Source of the DNA: Bradyrhizobium sp.
GTDB taxonomy: Bacteria > Pseudomonadota > Alphaproteobacteria > Rhizobiales > Xanthobacteraceae
Assembly (NCBI RefSeq): GCF_035652035.1
Contig: NZ_DASREO010000097.1
Span: 310-64,309, forward strand
Direction of reading: 5' to 3'
Length of the DNA: 64,000 nt
The notes beneath the pieces were generated by a model. It was not told the origin of the DNA and searched no databases. It was given only the letters and a program-made list of their open reading frames with translations. Position numbers and translations under genes: made by a program. Shown here piece by piece: positions 42,854-52,359 of the stretch (the first letter of the stretch is position 1; the number at the start of each line of letters is the position of its first letter).

Positions 42854-42936
42854 TCCCCCCTCGTCCCCCCACGAGGACCTCGTCCCCCCAACGAGGATGT
42901 GAAAGGGCCGCTTCCCCCAGCGGCCCTTTTGCTTTT
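42854..42936 (+). ncRNA. Candidate 3'UTR RNA with three C-rich-loop hairpins; the last is an intrinsic terminator
   Basis: CCTCGT-C6-ACGAGG, CCTCGT-C6A-ACGAGG, AAAGGGCCGCT-TCCCCC-AGCGGCCCTTTT. Confidence 0.6.
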
Positions 42937-43026
42937 CTGCAGGCAGAAAGCGCGCCGGGACCGGACGCGCCCGGTCCGCAGTGTCGTCAATATGCTGAAA
43001 AGCCAACCCCTTAGGCCGGTTTCCGG

Positions 43027-43326
43027 TCAAACCGCTTCCTTCAGCTCCTTGGCTGCGCGGAAGGCGACTTTCTTGCTTGCCTTGATCTGGATCTCCTCGC
43101 CCGTGGCGGGGTTGCGGCCCATGCGGGCGGCGCGCTTGCGAACCTGGAGGATGCCGAGGCCAACGATGCGGACCCGCTCTCCCTTCTTCAGATGCTTGGC
43201 AATGCGGTCCACGAGGTCGGTCAGGATGGTTTCCGCCTGCTTCTTGGACAACTCCTGCGCCTCGGCGATGTCAGCGGCGAGGTGTTTGAGCGTAATGGTC
43301 GTCGGGGTCGCTGCCTTCGTCGCCAT
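43027..43326 (-). CDS. HU-family histone-like DNA-binding protein
   Basis: LKKGERVRIVGLG, RAARMGRNPATGE.IQIKASK.VAFR.AK.LKEAV. Confidence 0.95.
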   Translation of the reverse strand: MATKAATPTTITLKHLAADIAEAQELSKKQAETILTDLVDRIAKHLKKGERVRIVGLGILQVRKRAARMGRNPATGEEIQIKASKKVAFRAAKELKEAV

Positions 43327-43555
43327 GTCTGGCCCTCCTTGTTGTTGGTGACCTCTTAGAAACCAGCAAGCCGCAGGCCTTAGATGATTCGAGCTTCGGC
43401 TGCCTATGTCGTTTTGCCTGAAAATAGCGCCTTTTTTGCATCGAGATTGAAAAAACCGCTGCGAGACAAGGGGATTCGCAACACCTTGACTAAAGAGAGG
43501 CGCACCTTTAATCCCTGCTCTCGTTGCGGACCGGTCCTCATCGATCGAAGCATCC

Positions 43556-43632
43556 GCGGGAGTAGCTCAGTTGGTTAGAGCGCCGCCCTGTCACGGCGGA
43601 GGCCGCGGGTTCGAGTCCCGTCTCTCGCGCCA
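43556..43632 (+). tRNA. tRNA-Asp (GTC)
   Basis: 77-nt cloverleaf; anticodon arm CCGCC-CTGTCAC-GGCGG; GTTCGAGTCC; CCA end. Confidence 0.98.
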
Positions 43633-43924
43633 TCACTTCAATAATTTAGCCCACCCTCCATTTTGAGATCTTGCGCTGCTGCCCGTTGCGATGGGCCGTA
43701 TTGGCCATCTCGTTTCTGATCCCGTCCCGAACAGCTAGCGTCGCCCACGACCGGCCGGACCTTCGCCCCGCCTTGCCGTTGACGCTTCTTGTCCGTGCCA
43801 AGCGCCAGGTCGCGCCCGGCACGCAAGTTCGGCTTCGGTGAACTCTTGGTCCGTTTCTCCGTTAAATCTCAGCTTTGTATTTTACCTGCAACGCGAACCC
43901 CTCTGGTTCGGGCAGGAGGTTGCC

Positions 43925-44197
43925 GTGGGCAAACCCGTCTTGGCTCTGAGAGCCGGCATTGTCGGATCACTCCTGGTGTTCGGTTCGACTGCCAATGCGG
44001 CTCGGCTCGATGTCGGTCCGAGGACATGCAGCAATCAGCGTGACCGATGTGTTGCCTATCGGTTTCAATACGGTCCAGAAGGATCCGAGGGAGCTTGCTT
44101 TCACGTCTTTCGCGTCTGCATGAGGTCTGGCGTTTGGGACGGAACCACCGCATTTCCCTACGGCGGCGGGCGTATGGCGGGAATGATCCGTCGGTAG
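43925..44197 (+). CDS. Small exported Cys-containing hypothetical protein (90 aa)
   Basis: AGGAGG SD before GTG; signal-like ..FGSTANA; 4 Cys. Confidence 0.6.
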   Translation: MGKPVLALRAGIVGSLLVFGSTANAARLDVGPRTCSNQRDRCVAYRFQYGPEGSEGACFHVFRVCMRSGVWDGTTAFPYGGGRMAGMIRR

Positions 44198-44215
44198 TCC
44201 AGGTCAAGCCGGGCT

Positions 44216-44237
44216 GACTCCCCTCTCTCGCGCCATC
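44216..44237 (+). repeat. Direct repeat of the tRNA-Asp 3' end (att-like)
   Basis: GACTCCCCTCTCTCGCGCCATC versus GAGTCCCGTCTCTCGCGCCATC (43613-43634): 20/22 identical, last 14 perfect. Confidence 0.6.
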
Positions 44238-44273
44238 TCCCCTGACGAGGGAATTTCTGGTACCTCGCGGGCC

Positions 44274-45533
44274 ATGACCGCGAACACACCCCTCGCCTTT
44301 ACGCACACCGTGACCGAGCGCTTCCTGCGTTATGTCGTGATCGACACCCAGTCCGATCCGGCGTCGGAAACTTGCCCTTCGACCGAGAAACAGAAGAATC
44401 TTGGGCGGCTGCTCGCGGCCGAGCTGCGCGAGATGGGGCTCTCCGACGCCCATCTCGATGACAACGGCTATGTCTATGCAACGTTGGCGGCGAATACCGA
44501 CAAGCCCGTGCCTGTCATCTGTTTCTGCTCGCATATGGACACCTCGCCGGATTGCACCGGCGCCAATGTCCGGCCACAGGTCGTGAAGAACTATCGGGGC
44601 GGCGACATCACCCTGCCGGGCGATCCCTCGCAGGTGATCCGCTTTGCCGAGCACCCGGCGCTCGCGAGCCAGATCGGCCACGACATCATCACGACCGACG
44701 GCACGACATTGCTCGGCGCCGACAACAAGGCCGGCGTCGCCGAGATCATGGACGCGGTGCATTTCCTTAAGAAGAACCCGCAAGTGAAGCACGGCACGAT
44801 CAAGGTCCTGTTCACGCCCGACGAGGAGATCGGCCGCGGCGTCGACAAGGCCGATCTGAAAAAGCTCGGCGCGAAGTTCGCCTATACGATCGACGGTGAA
44901 AGTGCAGGGCAAATCGAGGACGAGACCTTTTCCGCGGACGCGGCCACCATCACCATCCAGGGCGTGTCCACTCATCCCGGGTTTGCCAAGGGCAAGATGG
45001 AGCACGCGATCAAGATCGCATCCGCCATTATCGATCGCCTGCCGAAGGACACCTGCTCGCCCGAGACCGCCGAAGGGCGGGAAGGATTTGTGCATCCGGT
45101 CAGCGTGTCCGGTACGCTGGAGGCCGCGACGCTGGGCTTCATCGTGCGCGACTTCACCGAACAGGGCCTGCGCGACAAGGAAGCGCTGCTGGAAAACATC
45201 GTCAAAGACGTGATGAAAGACTTTCCGCGGTCGAGCTACCAGATCGACATCAAGCAGCAATACCGCAACATGAAAGAGGTGATCGACCGTTACCCGCAGA
45301 CCGTCGAATACGCGGTCGAGGCGATCCGGCGCGCCGGTTTGAAACCGCTCCGGACCGCGATCCGCGGCGGCACCGACGGTTCGCGGCTGTCGTTCATGGG
45401 CCTGCCCTGCCCCAACATCTTTGCGGGTGAGCATGCTTTCCACTCCCGCCTCGAATGGGTCAGCCGCCAGGACATGGAAAAGGCCGTGCAGACCATCGTG
45501 CACCTCGCGATGATCTGGGAAGAGCGGGCTTAG
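44274..45533 (+). CDS. pepT: Peptidase T (M20B tripeptidase)
   Basis: ERFLRYV.IDTQS, HMDTS, LLGADNKAG, FTPDEEIG, IRGGTDG. Confidence 0.96.
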   Translation: MTANTPLAFTHTVTERFLRYVVIDTQSDPASETCPSTEKQKNLGRLLAAELREMGLSDAHLDDNGYVYATLAANTDKPVPVICFCSHMDTSPDCTGANVRPQVVKNYRGGDITLPGDPSQVIRFAEHPALASQIGHDIITTDGTTLLGADNKAGVAEIMDAVHFLKKNPQVKHGTIKVLFTPDEEIGRGVDKADLKKLGAKFAYTIDGESAGQIEDETFSADAATITIQGVSTHPGFAKGKMEHAIKIASAIIDRLPKDTCSPETAEGREGFVHPVSVSGTLEAATLGFIVRDFTEQGLRDKEALLENIVKDVMKDFPRSSYQIDIKQQYRNMKEVIDRYPQTVEYAVEAIRRAGLKPLRTAIRGGTDGSRLSFMGLPCPNIFAGEHAFHSRLEWVSRQDMEKAVQTIVHLAMIWEERA

Positions 45534-45562
45534 TTCACCACCATGAATCCGCAGATCCTCCC

Positions 45563-46462
45563 ATGATCGACGCGTCGTCCACCGAGGCCGGAGGCGCTGC
45601 CGTCCTGGGTGCTTATCGCATCTATACGACCCAGTTCGACATCGAAGTTGCTGCGGATCGCCTCGACGCCGTTCTGGGTCCGCTCTCCCCCGCGGACCAA
45701 AAAGCGCTCGATGAAGCATGGCACGCCCTGCAGACCGGCTTGTTGCCGTGGAAAACTCGTCTGCTCATCCTCGCCGCCGAGACAAGCGCGCGAATTAGGG
45801 AGCAGCTCGGGGAAACCGAACGCGGCGACACGGCGGTATCACTCTTGATCGACCAATCGGGATCCATGCGCGGCCAAAAAATGCTGTTTGCCACGGCAAC
45901 GGCCGATATCGCGCAAGAGTTTCTGAAAACCTTGGGTCTCACCTGCGAGGTGCTTGGTTTCACCACTTCGCAGTGGCGTGGCGGCCGTTCCCGGAGGCGA
46001 TGGAAATGGCGCTTAAGGCCACATCACCCGGGCCGGCTCAACGATATCCTCCATATCGTCTACAAAAATGCAAAAGACGACCGTGCGAGCATCGGTGGTT
46101 ATGACTTCCGGTCGATGCTCCGACCTGATTTGCCCAAAGAGAATATCGATGGCGAGGCGCTGCTGTGGGCAGCCAAGCGGCTTCGAGCCCTGCCTCAGTC
46201 AAGGAAGCACCTGATCATCCTTTCGGACGGTGCCCCGGTGGACGACTCCACCCTGCAAGCCAACGGTTTGACGTGTCTTTTCAACCACCTCCGGCTCGTT
46301 GCGGACGGCATCGTAAAGGCTGGCGATATCGTTCTCAGCGCCATCAGCATCGGTCACGAGACCGACGACATTTACCCTGTCATCAAACACGTCGAGGCGC
46401 CCGATGAGCTGGGCGCGGCCACGTTGGCTCATCTCGAACAGGTAATAACCGGGAAAAAGTAG
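45563..46462 (+). CDS. CobT-like VWA-domain protein (short form)
   Basis: Y.IYTTQFD.EV, LIDQSGSMRG, EVLGFTT, PGRLND, KENIDGEAL.WA, SDGAPVDDST. Confidence 0.8.
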   Translation: MIDASSTEAGGAAVLGAYRIYTTQFDIEVAADRLDAVLGPLSPADQKALDEAWHALQTGLLPWKTRLLILAAETSARIREQLGETERGDTAVSLLIDQSGSMRGQKMLFATATADIAQEFLKTLGLTCEVLGFTTSQWRGGRSRRRWKWRLRPHHPGRLNDILHIVYKNAKDDRASIGGYDFRSMLRPDLPKENIDGEALLWAAKRLRALPQSRKHLIILSDGAPVDDSTLQANGLTCLFNHLRLVADGIVKAGDIVLSAISIGHETDDIYPVIKHVEAPDELGAATLAHLEQVITGKK

Positions 46463-46483
46463 ACTGCTTGCCTGACGTGACGA

Positions 46484-47341
46484 TCAGGTATTCGCCGTGA
46501 CGATCCAGATGGCGGCATCGAGCGGGACAGTTTGTCCCTTCGCATATGGCGCCAGTGCTTCGCGGACCGATTGGGCGGCGGCGGCAACGGTTTCCGGCGG
46601 GTGATCAGCCAATGCGCGGGCGGCCGGTCCGATTTCCAGCGCGCTTTTCACCGCGGCATCCATCCCGCGCCCGACCGCGACGTCGAGCGCCAGATTGCAA
46701 GGCTCCATCGCAATGTCCGAAAAGCCTGCCGCCTTCAGGATGCGGTTGACGCGCTCTTGTGAGGCAAAGGCGAACGGGCCGGGATCTTCAGGTCCAACCG
46801 GCGGCATTTTGGGAACGTGCTTATAGACGGCCTGCAACGCGGTCATGAAGAACGGGTTTTCCCGCGGCTCGCGCCAGCAGGCGAAGGCAAGCCGGCCCGA
46901 CCGCCGCATCGCGCGGCGCATGTTGCTAAATGACAATGCGGGATCGGCGAAGAACATCACGCCAAAGCGCGAGGCCAGCAGATCGAAACTGTCAGGCGCA
47001 AAGGGATAAACGGTCGCGTCCGCCAGAATGAACTCGACCGGCGCACCCTTGGGCGTATTCTCTTTCGCGCGGGAAAGCATCGGGGCCGAGATATCGACGC
47101 CAGTGATATGGCCGGTGGAACCCACCGCTTTCGCAAAGCTAAAACTCGTCGACCCGCTGCCGCAGCCGACATCGAGAATGCGCTCGCCCGGCTTGATCTT
47201 CGCGCGCTCGATCAGGAGATCGGCGACCGGCTGAAGCAAAATGTCCTGCACCGGCTGCCGATCGGCCCAGCGCTGGCCGCCGGCGCCGTTCCAGTACGCA
47301 ATCTGATCGGTGTTCTTCTCGTGGCCCTGGGGTGCGTCCAT
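46484..47341 (-). CDS. Class I SAM-dependent methyltransferase
   Basis: ILDVGCGSG, GVDISAPML, FDLLASRFGVMFF. Confidence 0.9.
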   Translation of the reverse strand: MDAPQGHEKNTDQIAYWNGAGGQRWADRQPVQDILLQPVADLLIERAKIKPGERILDVGCGSGSTSFSFAKAVGSTGHITGVDISAPMLSRAKENTPKGAPVEFILADATVYPFAPDSFDLLASRFGVMFFADPALSFSNMRRAMRRSGRLAFACWREPRENPFFMTALQAVYKHVPKMPPVGPEDPGPFAFASQERVNRILKAAGFSDIAMEPCNLALDVAVGRGMDAAVKSALEIGPAARALADHPPETVAAAAQSVREALAPYAKGQTVPLDAAIWIVTANT

Positions 47342-47422
47342 CCTGGTCCCACCATCGTTTGCAAGGAGTTTTGCGCAATGTTCATGGAATCGACCGGCTT
47401 GGCAATCGCTGAACGCCCCATG

Positions 47423-48838
47423 TCAGGCATTTGATCGGGGCGTGATGCGCATCGGCAGGCCGTTTGCGGGCCGCAAGGTGATCTTTTGCACGGGCCAGAC
47501 CTTCGTGGCCGGTGCGAGCTGCATCTCGAACTGCTGGACGAGTTTCGCGAGCACAAGCGTAGCTTCCTGTAACGCGAAGGACGATCCGATGCAGGTTCGC
47601 GGGCCGGCTCCGAACGGCAAATAGGCATAGCGGGGAATGCCCGTCCTTGCCGGCGCGAGAAACCGTGCCGGATCGAACAGATCGGGCTCATTCCACAAGC
47701 AGCGGTGCCGATGCAGGACATAGGGGGCAATCACGATCAGCGATCCCGGGTGCACGTTGATCTCGCCGATGGCGTCAGTGCATTCGGGCACGCGGCTGAG
47801 CGCAGCGATAGACGGGTAAAGCCGCAATGCTTCTTCGATCACGGCTCTGGTGAGGACGAGCTGCTCCAACAGCCCGTTACGGTCGCCATCGAGCGCCACA
47901 TCCGCTTCTGCGCGCACCCGCTCATACCAATGTGGCGATTGCGACAACAGGAATGTTGCCCACGTCAAGGCATTGGCCGTCGTCTCATGTCCGGCCGAAA
48001 GAAATGTCAGGATGTTCGCGCGCACTTCTTTAGGGCTCAGCGGCCGCCCTGTCGCCGGGTCGGGCACGCGCAAAAGCAGGGTCAGGAGATCGTTCGGCGC
48101 CTCGGTATCGTTCACACGATCGAGCCGCCGCCGCCTCACCGCGATGATCTCGTCGATGACCTCTTCGAAATAAGCCAGGGCTTTCCGCAAGCGCTTGCGG
48201 CCAGGCCGCGGCACATAATCGGGCGCGCCCAACAGATCGAGCACCCCGATCCGCCCCAGGGCGTCGAAATAGTCGTTCATGGCAGCACTAAATGCGTTGA
48301 AATCGCTGCCAATGCCGTCCGAGAAGATGGTCACCGCGAGCATGTTGAGCGTCAACAGGGTGAACTCTTGCGCGACATCGACGGTGCCGTGGGCCTTGAG
48401 GCCGCGCCAACGATCGCAAAGTGCATCGGCGACCCTCAGCATGACGTCGCTGAACGACGACACCGTGCGGCGCGCGAACAGCGGCGCAAGCGTTCGGCGC
48501 TGCAGCTCCCACTGCTGCCCTTCGACGCTGAGCAGGCCGTCGCCCAGTCCAGCCGCCAGAATGCGGCGCTGGATCGGGTCCTTGCGATAACTTTCGGCGT
48601 TGTCCACCAGCACGTGCTTGATCGCAACGGGATCGTGAACCAGCACGGCTTCGAGAAAAGGCAGCCTTATCCGGACGATCGGTTGCTCGAAAAACTCCTT
48701 GCTCCAGCATTCCAGGGGATTGCGGTGCAACGTCCGCAGAAGCTGGACGAGGCCCGGCATGGTCGGCAGCGGCGTTGGCGCCGGGGGCCGGAAAACCGTT
48801 CTCACATCGGTTTCATCGTGAGACAACATCTTGGTCAA
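47423..48838 (-). CDS. Cytochrome P450
   Basis: AGHETT I-helix, EEALR (ExxR), FDPARF, FGAGPRTCIG heme Cys. Confidence 0.95.
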   Translation of the reverse strand: MTKMLSHDETDVRTVFRPPAPTPLPTMPGLVQLLRTLHRNPLECWSKEFFEQPIVRIRLPFLEAVLVHDPVAIKHVLVDNAESYRKDPIQRRILAAGLGDGLLSVEGQQWELQRRTLAPLFARRTVSSFSDVMLRVADALCDRWRGLKAHGTVDVAQEFTLLTLNMLAVTIFSDGIGSDFNAFSAAMNDYFDALGRIGVLDLLGAPDYVPRPGRKRLRKALAYFEEVIDEIIAVRRRRLDRVNDTEAPNDLLTLLLRVPDPATGRPLSPKEVRANILTFLSAGHETTANALTWATFLLSQSPHWYERVRAEADVALDGDRNGLLEQLVLTRAVIEEALRLYPSIAALSRVPECTDAIGEINVHPGSLIVIAPYVLHRHRCLWNEPDLFDPARFLAPARTGIPRYAYLPFGAGPRTCIGSSFALQEATLVLAKLVQQFEMQLAPATKVWPVQKITLRPANGLPMRITPRSNA

Positions 48839-49122
48839 TATGTTTCAATTGAAACGTACGAAAACGCGATAATGGAACTGAAGTTCCTCACGGCCACGTG
48901 CATTCACGTTCAGGGCTAAAGCTCCGATAACGGACGCCCCTGAAAATAGACGGAGCGAGCCGTTCGTGCTCTCGCACGACCTCCATCATGGCGGATCTTT
49001 CGCTCGCCGCATTCGCGAAGCGGATTGAAATGGCCTTCCGGCCGTGGCGTTCTGGCACCCCGTTTGCAGTGCGCCATGCAGCATTTCGCAGCTTCACGAC
49101 GAACAAGCCGAAGGTTAACGCA

Positions 49123-49977
49123 ATGATCATCCGGCTTGTGGCCTTGGCTTCGCTCGCCGTCCTGATACTTGGCCGGGCGAAGGCCGAGGAGCCAGACAAA
49201 AGCGGCTACACGCTCTTCGACCCCGTGCCCGACGATCTCATGCGGAAGTTTGCACCGGACCGGCCGACCAAGGGCTTTTCGGTGCGGACGATCGACGCCG
49301 GTCATGTCGAGATCGAGACAGACCTCGTCAACACCACCACCTCAAACTCTCCCGGCGGCGTCACGCACAGCATTCAGGGGCTCGATCCAACGGTGAAATT
49401 GGGCCTGACCAACTGGATGGATGTCGAGGTTCAGTTCAACGGATTGCAATATTCGGAATCGTTTGACGGAACCTCGCCCTTCAATTTCCAGAATGCGACC
49501 GGTTTCGGCGATGTGTTCCTGCGGACCAAGATGAATCTGCTCGGCAACGACGACGGCCCGGTCGGATTTGCGCTGATCCCCTATGTCAAGCTGCCGTCAT
49601 CGACGCCGCTCATCAGCAACGGCGCGGTCGAAGGCGGACTGATCGCGCCGCTCGCGCTCCGGCCCGGCGATTTCATCGTCACCCTGATGACTGAGGTCGA
49701 CGATCTGAAAAGCACAGCCGGCAACAACCGCTATGCCAACTTCGTCAACCTCGTCAGCGTCAGCCACGGCGTGCCGGGACTCGAGGGCGTCAATGCCATG
49801 GTTGAGCTTTATTCATCGGTTGGAACAGATCCGGCGACGGCGCCGATCTACACGCTCGACTTCGGCATGAATTTCCGTCTGGACCAGCACATCATTCTCG
49901 ATATCGGGGTGAACCTTGGCCTCAACAGCGCCGCTCCCAAGGCGCAGATCTATACGGGAATATCGGCCCGGTTCTGA
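49123..49977 (+). CDS. Putative outer-membrane beta-barrel transporter (SphA/MetA-pathway-like)
   Basis: Signal peptide, DRP....RT.DAG..EIE, GFGDV.LR.K, C-terminal GISARF. Confidence 0.75.
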   Translation: MIIRLVALASLAVLILGRAKAEEPDKSGYTLFDPVPDDLMRKFAPDRPTKGFSVRTIDAGHVEIETDLVNTTTSNSPGGVTHSIQGLDPTVKLGLTNWMDVEVQFNGLQYSESFDGTSPFNFQNATGFGDVFLRTKMNLLGNDDGPVGFALIPYVKLPSSTPLISNGAVEGGLIAPLALRPGDFIVTLMTEVDDLKSTAGNNRYANFVNLVSVSHGVPGLEGVNAMVELYSSVGTDPATAPIYTLDFGMNFRLDQHIILDIGVNLGLNSAAPKAQIYTGISARF

Positions 49978-50138
49978 GCGGCCAACAGCCATTACGCTTG
50001 CGCAGTGAGCCGGCGAGAATATTTCGTTCGATGCATCTCACAGGAGGTGTACGATCGTCAGCGCTGCCGATTGCCAAGCAAGCCACACGTTTCGCTGGTC
50101 CGGCTGGGGTCAAAAAGCACTGGCATAAGAGACGGCCT

Positions 50139-50387
50139 ATGGCCCAAGAGCAAGAGTACTGGTTTCCCGCAAAACGCTACGGCTGGGGATGGGGCCCGCC
50201 CGCAACCTGGCAAGGCTGGGCGGTCCTCGCCGCTTTTGTCATTCTGGTAATTGTCGCCGCCATCGCCTTCCCGCCGCATCGCTCAACCCCGATATTCATC
50301 GGCTGCGTCGTGATCCTCAGCGTCGCATTGACGGGCGTGTGCTGGTGGAAAGGCGAGCCGCCGCGCTGGCGCTGGGGCGATGATTAG
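50139..50387 (+). CDS. Small Trp-rich membrane protein (82 aa)
   Basis: YWFPAKRYGWGWG.P..WQGW, 2 TM segments, KGEPPRWRWG. Confidence 0.75.
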   Translation: MAQEQEYWFPAKRYGWGWGPPATWQGWAVLAAFVILVIVAAIAFPPHRSTPIFIGCVVILSVALTGVCWWKGEPPRWRWGDD

Positions 50388-50451
50388 CCATCGTTGGAGA
50401 CCCCGAACAGATACGTTCCGCTTTTTCGCGGGCGATGTCGCGGCTGAAAGG

Positions 50452-50703
50452 CTAGTTCTTCTCCAGTACGCCAAGCATCGTGTTGCAGGCGCCTTCGGCG
50501 TCCGTGAAGGTATTAAACGGTGAACCGATGACCTTGACCGCGCCCGTTCTCGAATGGATCGGTCGCCACGATGCAAGGAAGCCACGACGTCCGTGAAAGC
50601 CGGGACCGTTCGGACTTTCGAATGTGATGACGAACGAAATGTCAGCGCCGTTCGCGCTCCATACGTCCATGTTTTCGACGGCCTGACGGAATTGCAGAGA
50701 CAT
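50452..50703 (-). CDS. Hypothetical protein (83 aa)
   Basis: GAGG SD before ATG; protein-like composition; fills an otherwise empty interval. Confidence 0.6.
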   Translation of the reverse strand: MSLQFRQAVENMDVWSANGADISFVITFESPNGPGFHGRRGFLASWRPIHSRTGAVKVIGSPFNTFTDAEGACNTMLGVLEKN

Positions 50704-51043
50704 CTTCGAGAACCTCGCTGAATCCCAAACCCCGCCCGACGCTTACATTCCCTCTGATTCCTGCGGTAATTTTCAGGGTCAAAGTCCGGTTTTTTCCTGA
50801 CCAAATGTGACGTTTTTGGATTCGTGATTTCCGCAACCCGGCAGGACCTGCCCTCACGACAATGCCTCATCCCTCTCGACCGCGACGCTCCAGGGATGCC
50901 GCGATCATCCTTGCGGGAGGCTTTCCCGATTCCGGTCTCATCGGCTCCAACCCGTGGTCCGGCGACATCGCGAACCGCTCGAAGGTCGATACGACGACGA
51001 AGAGCCGCCGACTTTGGCCGAGTTCTTGAATAGTGATGTGGAG

Positions 51044-51109
51044 ATGATGGTGGGCGGCTACGGATTCGAACCGCAGACCCTCTTGGTGTAAACGAGATGC
51101 TCTAACCAG
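51044..51109 (-). repeat. 66-bp direct repeat of the tRNA-Val 3' portion (att site)
   Basis: 65/66 identical to 54471-54536 (mismatch 51084 T versus 54511 C); lacks the first 15 nt of the tRNA. Confidence 0.93.
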
Positions 51110-51125
51110 TCGACCTCCGCTGGTG

Positions 51126-52247
51126 TCAATGAGCAGCCGATTGTTGCAGCCGCTGCCTCGGCTCCGACGATTCGAGTTCGGTCGCCTTTGAATACCAGGC
51201 TCGGGCCTTCACCGGGTCCGCACGCACGCCGACAACTCCAAGGTTCGCCAGTACGGCGGCGTCATATGTGCCGGCCAGCTTGCGACAAGCCTCGGCGCTG
51301 CCCGCTTCGGCGAGATGGGTAAGCAACAGGCGCCCGCTCGAAATATCACCCGCTGCAATCAAGTCCTGGCTGCGCTTCAGCAAGGACGTGATCTCATCGG
51401 GCGTATACGAAGGCAATGCGCGGGGTTCGGAGGCCGGAGCTGCCGGAGCCGGACTGACGTCCGCCTGGGCCGGCAAGGCAGGGGGAGACGCCAACGGCTG
51501 CACCGCCGCCAATGGCGTCGGCGCCGCGACTGCGTCCGTCTGAGTGGATGCAACAACTATTGGCTCAGCTGGCACCGGCGCGGCCGGCACCACCGGCGCG
51601 GCCGGTACTGGCGCGGCGGGTACCGGCGGCACCAAGGTTGCCATCGCAACGGCGGTGGTCTGAGTGGATGCGACCGTCGGATCGGTGGGCACTGGCGCGG
51701 CTGGCATAGCCGCCGCCTCCGCCGGTTCGATGCTGGCCTGCGGCGGCTCGACCCTTGATGTCTTTACCCGGACAGGCACGACGTGGACGGGCGTGGGAGC
51801 AGACTGGCTCGCGATCGCCGTAGCTTCGCTGAGAACCGCCGTGTTGGCCGTCGGGATCTTGACGTAATTGGCGATGACCAAGGCAACGGCGGCCGCTACG
51901 CCGACCGCGCCCACGATCAATCCCAGGCCCGGCAAACCCCTTTCCACTTGAGGTGGCGGAAGCATCGGCTCGGGATTGAGAGGCGCCCAAATTGCCAACT
52001 CGTCGGAGCCGTGCTCTCGGCTTGCGGGCGCTTCTGCGAACCGCAAAGTCACCGGTCGCCGTATCACGGTTTGAACAGGGGGTCGGGAAGTTGCCTCGCT
52101 CGACACGCGCTCAAGCCGTTGCGCTGCGGCTACAGCCTCGTCCAGGAGACGACTTGTCTCATCCTGGCGCTGTGGCTCGCTCGCCAAGGGCGAGGCATCG
52201 GGGATCTTCTTGTCGGCATCCTCATCGTCGTTGGCCAGGGAACTCAT
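51126..52247 (-). CDS. Bitopic Pro/Ala-rich protein with C-terminal Sel1/TPR-like helical domain
   Basis: AGGAG SD before ATG 52247; one TM; PVPAAP repeats; GDISSGRLLL...AE.G.AEA..LAGTYD...ADP.KARAWY.KA. Confidence 0.75.
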   Translation of the reverse strand: MSSLANDDEDADKKIPDASPLASEPQRQDETSRLLDEAVAAAQRLERVSSEATSRPPVQTVIRRPVTLRFAEAPASREHGSDELAIWAPLNPEPMLPPPQVERGLPGLGLIVGAVGVAAAVALVIANYVKIPTANTAVLSEATAIASQSAPTPVHVVPVRVKTSRVEPPQASIEPAEAAAMPAAPVPTDPTVASTQTTAVAMATLVPPVPAAPVPAAPVVPAAPVPAEPIVVASTQTDAVAAPTPLAAVQPLASPPALPAQADVSPAPAAPASEPRALPSYTPDEITSLLKRSQDLIAAGDISSGRLLLTHLAEAGSAEACRKLAGTYDAAVLANLGVVGVRADPVKARAWYSKATELESSEPRQRLQQSAAH

Positions 52248-52359
52248 CAACACTCTCCTGTCGGCCAAAACGGTATACAGAGAGCACTTAAGCTCTCGCC
52301 TCCCTCGCAATGGCCTTTCAATCCACCATTCAGACTGCTCGCACGGGTGCGTGCCGTTG

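Noticed and set aside
51048-51109. Possible second tRNA-Val gene
   Set aside because: Lacks the 5' acceptor and D-stem strands and has an anticodon-stem substitution; treated as an att repeat.
51530-51700. Internal repeats (GTCTGAGTGGATGC twice, PVPAAP units)
   Set aside because: Ordinary in-frame expansion of a Pro/Ala linker.
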